From the NCBI RefSeq assembly GCF_004010195.1, contig NC_057751.1, positions 19,107,387-19,147,569 on the forward strand: a stretch of 40,183 bases of DNA, written 5' to 3'. The translations under genes were made by a program, and so were the position numbers. Source of the DNA: Chiloscyllium plagiosum (taxonomy: Eukaryota). The first letter of the stretch is position 1; every line of letters starts with the position of its first letter. Under the pieces are notes generated by a model. It was not told where the DNA came from. It did not search any database and saw only the letters and a list, made by a program, of their open reading frames with translations. This document shows, piece after piece, positions 35,014 through 40,183 of this stretch.

Positions 35014-35231
35014 GACAACCTTATTCGTGAGAAGGCGCAACAGTTTGATGAGACCTACTACCTCTGGGCAGTGTCATTCTTCATGGAGTTCAACCGGGTG
35101 TACCAGTTCCGTCCTGAGCTAGTGTCAGAAACTGTCAGCATTCGAGCATTTCATTTTGTGGAACGAAATATTACTAACTACTATGAAATGATGCTGACTG
35201 ACAAGACAGCAGCTGGTTCCTGGTCGAGACG
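35014..35231 (+). CDS. TIMELESS: TIMELESS coding exon 10
   Basis: [28 protein letters not shown]...[18 protein letters not shown](R); ttccag acceptor, CG|gtatgg donor. Confidence 0.97.
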
Positions 35232-35938
35232 GTATGGTGGATTAATACCAGCTATTGAAATATTGAGACCTCTTAGTTTAGCAATTGTTTTTATAAATGT
35301 GAATGGGGCAGAGATGAAATATTGGGCACATTTAGCTTCTCTTGGATTCTATTCTTTTGCATTTATCTAATGTCATTTATTTTTCCTTGTCCACTTTTAT
35401 CTGAATTTCACTTTGTTTTGTGGGGTAAGGTCCTGTGCTATCTCTTGTTACATTACGATGGTGGAAGCCCTGACATTTTTTTCTATTAATCCAAGATTGT
35501 TCCATCCAGTCATTGTGTTTCTGGTGTTCTAATATTGTTAGCACAAATTGGATTTGACCTGGTATTTTCTTGGCCTCTTGCTCAGTTCTGCACCAGGCAG
35601 TACATGGAGTAGCATTGACTAATTCTTTTTGACTCTACACTATCACTGTCTCCTTGATAATATTATCACCTGCTATTCCATACCTTCTAAAATACCTCTT
35701 GGATGAAGCCTGCTCTGGTTACTGGTTCAAACTATGTGTGAGAAAATCTTTGCCCCACTTAGTATCAAAACTGCAACTTGTTCAAATTTTTTCTACACCC
35801 CCAATAATTGCCAAGATAACATTGGTGAGACATCAGTCCTCTTTAACTGTGGGACCTGCCACAGTCATTTGTATCATCTAATATGCAACCAAAAAAAAAA
35901 GTGACAATACTTTAAAACAACTCTTTCTTTTGTCTCAG

Positions 35939-36042
35939 AATGCATCTCGCGCTGAAAGCTTACCAAGAACTGCTCAATACAATCAACGAAATGGATCACT
36001 CCAAGGATGAAAATCTGAGAGAGAGTGCCAGAGTTATCAAAT
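35939..36042 (+). CDS. TIMELESS: TIMELESS coding exon 11
   Basis: (R)[34 protein letters not shown](C); tctcag acceptor, T|gtatga donor. Confidence 0.96.
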
Positions 36043-36139
36043 GTATGATATTTTAAAATGCCATAAAAATCCAGTTAATAAATTGCATAGATGTTTGACC
36101 TGTGCCATGAACCCGGATTTGATTTCAGCCTCAGAATGT

Positions 36140-36369
36140 GTCTCAAGTTTGCATGTGCTCCCTGTGTCTGCCTGGGATTCCTCCAGGTGCTCTGGTATCC
36201 TCCCACAGTGCAAAGATGTGCAGGTTAGAGTGGATTGGCCACGGGAAATGCAGGGTTACAGGGATAAGGTAGGGGTTGGGTCTGGTTCGGATGCTCTTCA
36301 GAGGGTTGATATGGACTCAATGGGCCGAAGGGCCTCTTTCTGCACTGTAGGGATTCTGTGATTCTATGA
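36140..36369 (+). mobile_element. V-SINE (HE1-like), 5'-truncated
   Basis: V-domain and ctgtagggattct tail. Confidence 0.7.
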
Positions 36370-36520
36370 CCTGAAAGCCTGTAAAATGGAATGTTCCTTC
36401 CACCCTGCCCTCAACCGGCTAACCTTTACTTTTGATATGGTTCTGTGCTGTGCTCTGGCACCTCATGCCCATTATTCATCTGTAAACCTAGCCCAGGAAG
36501 TCATTATTGTATGACTCCCA

Positions 36521-36808
36521 TTAGAATTAGAATCCCTAGAGTGTGGAAACAGACCCTTCGGCCCAACAAGCCCACTCAGATCCATTCCCCTACATTTAAC
36601 CCTGACTAATGCACCCAACCTACACATCCCTGAACACTGTGGACAATTTAGCGTGGCCAATTCACCTGACCTGCTTACCTTTGGATTGTGGGAGGAAACC
36701 CACGCAGACACGGGGAGAACATGCAAACTCCAAACAGACAGTTGCCCAAGGCTGGAATCGAACCCTGGCGCTGTGAGGCAGCAGTGCTAACCACTGAGAC
36801 ACCGTAGC
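36521..36808 (-). mobile_element. V-SINE (HE1-like)
   Basis: Same family, inverted relative to 36140-36369. Confidence 0.8.
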
Positions 36809-37161
36809 ATCTGTTGGGATCTGGTTGTTGGAATGACTCAAAAGGTATGTGCTGGTGTCTCTTTGTGTGTAACAGATTGTCAGCAGTTGGATTTCTTTTT
36901 TACAATCAATAGGTAATGCTTCATGCCTTTGGTTTGATATTGCCATTGTAATAAGTTAAGTCCAGGCTTCACGCAGTGCCATTGCAAACTTGGGGTCAGT
37001 TCAATGCTCAGTTCAGGTGTTTGGAGTTTCTGAATTGTATCAGCTCAGTCTAGGCTGTACAATGTGATATTGATTTGAGGTGTGCGTTTGGAAGGAAAGG
37101 GAAGAGGGATATAAATGATCAAAGGGACAAGTAGACCTTAAGGAAAAACTGCATGTTATAT

Positions 37162-37178
37162 ACACACACACACACACA
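37162..37178 (+). repeat. (CA)n microsatellite
   Basis: About 8 AC units. Confidence 0.9.
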
Positions 37179-37768
37179 AACTTTTATCTTACTGTTTCAC
37201 AAGGTAGTACTAGTGTTGTCATCATTGAGATGCAGGACATGCTGTCACGATCCTTTCCATTATTCCTTTACGAAGTTACTTCCCGCAGTTGTACCACTGT
37301 TGGGAGCTTCCACATGGTGTTAGCCAATTGTTTACGAGGATGATGCTATTGCATGCTTTTAGCAGCTGTGTTGATGGTGGCGTAGTTAGAGATCACCCAT
37401 TATAAGAAGAATGTCCATTAAATGGGAAATCTTAACCTTTTTTTTTCAGCATAATTTCTTCATTAACAAGCCAATAGTTGAAATATTTTCATTTGTAATG
37501 GCAAGTTTCCTCTATCGACCCTGTCCCACTTAAGCAAGCCTCAGTCAACGTGGTTCATGAGTTGATGCTTAAAGCAAAGGACTAGCACAGAAACTAGAGA
37601 AACTGAAATTGTTCTCCATTTTGAGCCGAAAGGATTAAGGGAGAATGATGGAAATAATTTACATAAAAGGTTGTGTGGGAAAAAGCTTGTCTATCAAACG
37701 ACACATGTTTCATTTGGAAATCTGCATATCCAGTTGGCTGGTGATTGTCTAACTTGTTCCACCTGCAG

Positions 37769-37938
37769 GTAATATCTTCTATGTTATGGAATTCCGAGAG
37801 TTATTCTTAACATTGTTCCGAAAATACGATGCAACCAAGCAGCCCAAGTCGTTCCTGAAGGATCTCATTGAAACAACCCACCTTTTCATCCGGATGATTG
37901 AGAAATTCTGTAAAGGCAGAAGTAACCTTTTTGTGCAG
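37769..37938 (+). CDS. TIMELESS: TIMELESS coding exon 12
   Basis: (C)[56 protein letters not shown]; ctgcag acceptor, CAG|gtaatg donor. Confidence 0.97.
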
Positions 37939-38164
37939 GTAATGTTTGTCTTTGGCTTGTATATTGTGCTTTACATTTTACAGAATTTACATATTTTTGC
38001 AAATTGTTTGTCTCCTAAACTAATGACAAGCTTTCAGGGCAAGTTTTTAAGCCGCATCCTTTCCTAAAGCTGTAGAGTCTCTTCTGGAGTACTAAGTAAC
38101 ATCCGTCAGACCCCCTAAATCATACCAATGGTGCCTGTTTTAACTGGAGGACATTATAGTCGAG

Positions 38165-38299
38165 TAGGCGAAAGTGAGGACTGCAGATGCTGGAGCTCAG
38201 AGTCAAGATTAGAGTGGTGCTGGAAAAGCACAGCAGGTCAGGCAGCATCAGAGGAGCAGGAAAATCGATGTTTCAGGCAAAAGCCCTTCATCAGGAATG
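38165..38299 (-). mobile_element. Single-arm PLE-derived insert ending at hammerhead (38263-38298)
   Basis: Minus strand CATTC-CTGATGA-A-GGGC-TTTT-GCCT-GAAA-CA-TC-GATT. Same family as the 14819 and 31541 inserts. Confidence 0.75.
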
Positions 38300-38339
38300 A
38301 AAGCAAGAATGGAATCAACAGCAGCAGCAACTTTCATTG

Positions 38340-38690
38340 ATATCACACCTTCAACATAGTAAAACATCCCCTGGAGACCTCACAACAACTTTATCAGATG
38401 AAATATTGATATTGAGTCATCTGAGGAGATATTAGGGACAGGTGACTGAAGCTTGGTCAAAGAGGTGAGGTTTAAGGAGCATCTTGAAGGATGGGGGTTT
38501 AGGTAAGGCATTCTTGTGCTTAGGGCCCAGGCAACTGAAGATGCATCCACCAGCTGTGGACTGATGGAAATTGAGGGGATGTGCGAGAGTCCAGCATTGA
38601 AGGAGTTCAGAGATGCGAGAGAGTTGTAGGGGTTGAGGAGGTAGGGAGGGATGGTGAGAGACCATGGGGAGATTAGAAATGAAAGACCTA
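38340..38690 (-). mobile_element. L2-clade LINE 3' remnant
   Basis: PPYLLNPYNSLASLNS and FKMLLKPHLFDQA. Confidence 0.6.
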
Positions 38691-38747
38691 GTGGAATGTT
38701 GTTGCTCATGATGCGGCTGTTTGATTATTTCCTGTTTGTTGAAACAG

Positions 38748-38873
38748 AAAAAGAAGCTCAAAAGGAAGAAACCAAAATCCAAGAAGCTTGCTTCTACTTC
38801 ATCAGAAAAATCCCAAGAAGAACTCGAGGAAATCTGGAAACTGACACTGGAGCAGCTCGACAAGAGTGCAGAG
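38748..38873 (+). CDS. TIMELESS: TIMELESS coding exon 13 (basic NLS-like stretch); gene continues beyond window
   Basis: KKKLKRKKPKSKKLASTSSEKSQEELEEIWKLTLEQLDKSAE, matching the K/R-rich segment that follows NLxVQ in Timeless; aaacag acceptor, GAG|gtatgt donor. Confidence 0.9.
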
Positions 38874-39339
38874 GTATGTCCCTAATATAGCTGAAGTCTT
38901 CTTTGATAAGGCCATTGTCATAATCAGTGCTGCTGAAGAACAGACAGATGTATTTCTTGAGTGATATGGTTAAGAGTGGGGATGTCTTTTCACTTAGTAT
39001 AATTTTTCCCTAAAGGTTCTAAGACATACTGAAATGTGGTGTCCCAGGCGTTAGATGTCCTTCAATGCCAAACCTAAAAACATCTTTCATTTATGAATTT
39101 AGACAGTAAATGTTAGCACGGTATTTGCTAATTGGTAGTCATAACAGTCCAGCTGGATTGAGACCTCACCCAGTGTCCATGAGATCACTACTAAGTGATC
39201 AGGGCAGGATCTTCTTGGTGCCAGGATCCTCATTGCTGCGACCAATTCAAAACCGACCAAGGATAAAGTTGGTTTTTATGCAGATTATTGTGTTTTTAGT
39301 GAGGGAAGGTAGATATAAGTAAAAGAAATAAAGAAAGGA

Positions 39340-39718
39340 ATTCTATTTTTATAAAGTGTCTTTTCCTATTGGGCGGTGTCCCAAAGTGTTTCATATTGAC
39401 TGAAGTACATTTGAAGTATAGTCACTATTTCAATGTAGGAAAGATGAGTTGTGCAAAATGTCACAAAGAATTTGATCAGCAACCACACACATGCACCTCT
39501 TTTACAAAATAGTGCCAGTTGGGCTTTTATTATCTGCCTGAGAAGAAAGATGCCCCTTTTGCTTAATGTTTGGTCTGAAAGATTGCACCTCTGACAATAC
39601 AACACCTTCTAGATGTAGTACTAAAGTGATAGCCTGGTTATGTGCTCAAATCCTGACAAGGTTTTGAGCCACTGACCTTCTAACTGATGTCGGTGTTTAA
39701 CTGCTGAACCACAGCTGA
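39340..39718 (-). mobile_element. Ancient DeuSINE-like (SacSINE1/AmnSINE-related) element
   Basis: aaaatagtgcca..ttaatgtttggtctgaaagattgcacctctgacaatacaacac resembles the recalled Deu-domain; L2-like tail. Confidence 0.5.
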
Positions 39719-39940
39719 CTGCTGGAGAGCAGGAGGCAGATGTGAAACTTAAGTGCAATATCTTGAGTTAGGCATTAACTTCGTCTTGAGTTTTTGGATG
39801 AAAGGGGAAATAAAGCAATATAGTAACTGCTTGATTGGGCTGGTGTCTAAATGAAAAGCTGGCACAAATCCTTACTGCACCGCAGTGCTGTACCTTGGTA
39901 CTTCACTTTTTAAAAATGCATTGAATGCTTGGCATCTGAA

Positions 39941-40183
39941 CATAGAAGAATACAGCGCAGTACAGGCCCTTCGGCCCTCGATGTTGTGCCGATCCAAGCC
40001 CACCTAACCTACGCTAGCCCACTATCCTCCATATGCCTATCCAATGCCCGCTTAAATGCCCATAATGAGGGAGAGTTCACCACTGCTACTGGCAGGGCAT
40101 TCCATGAACTCACGACTCGCTGAGTAAAGAACCTACCCCCCCTTAATTTAAAGCTATGCCCCCTCGTAATAGCTGACTCCATA
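39941..40183 (-). mobile_element. CR1 LINE 3' tail (runs off window)
   Basis: ggcccttcggccctcgatgttgtgccg..gcattccatgaactcacgactcgctgagtaaagaa. Confidence 0.75.

Overview
Vertebrate genomic DNA, most likely from a cartilaginous fish (shark/ray), judged from HE1-type V-SINEs, DeuSINE-like and CR1 repeats. There are two assembly gaps (7630-8350, 12320-12748). The window holds the 5' half of TIMELESS on the + strand: a probable non-coding first exon ending at 11176, then 13 coding exons between 15631 and 38873. They splice in frame with GT-AG introns to 568 codons, and the gene continues past the window. A tRNA-Ser(CGA) gene (10580-10661, -) lies head-to-head with the putative promoter. The rest is mostly CR1/L2/Tx1 LINE fragments, SINEs, a probable solo LTR, a MITE and Penelope-like elements (PLEs). 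The most striking unexplained signal is a set of PLE-derived inserts from at least three sequence families that carry minimal hammerhead ribozyme motifs. Most were inserted as palindromes between 10-15 bp target-site duplications, and one arm is consistently about 34-39 nt shorter at the element 3' end. All calls are by eye; repeat family names come from recalled motifs, not database searches.
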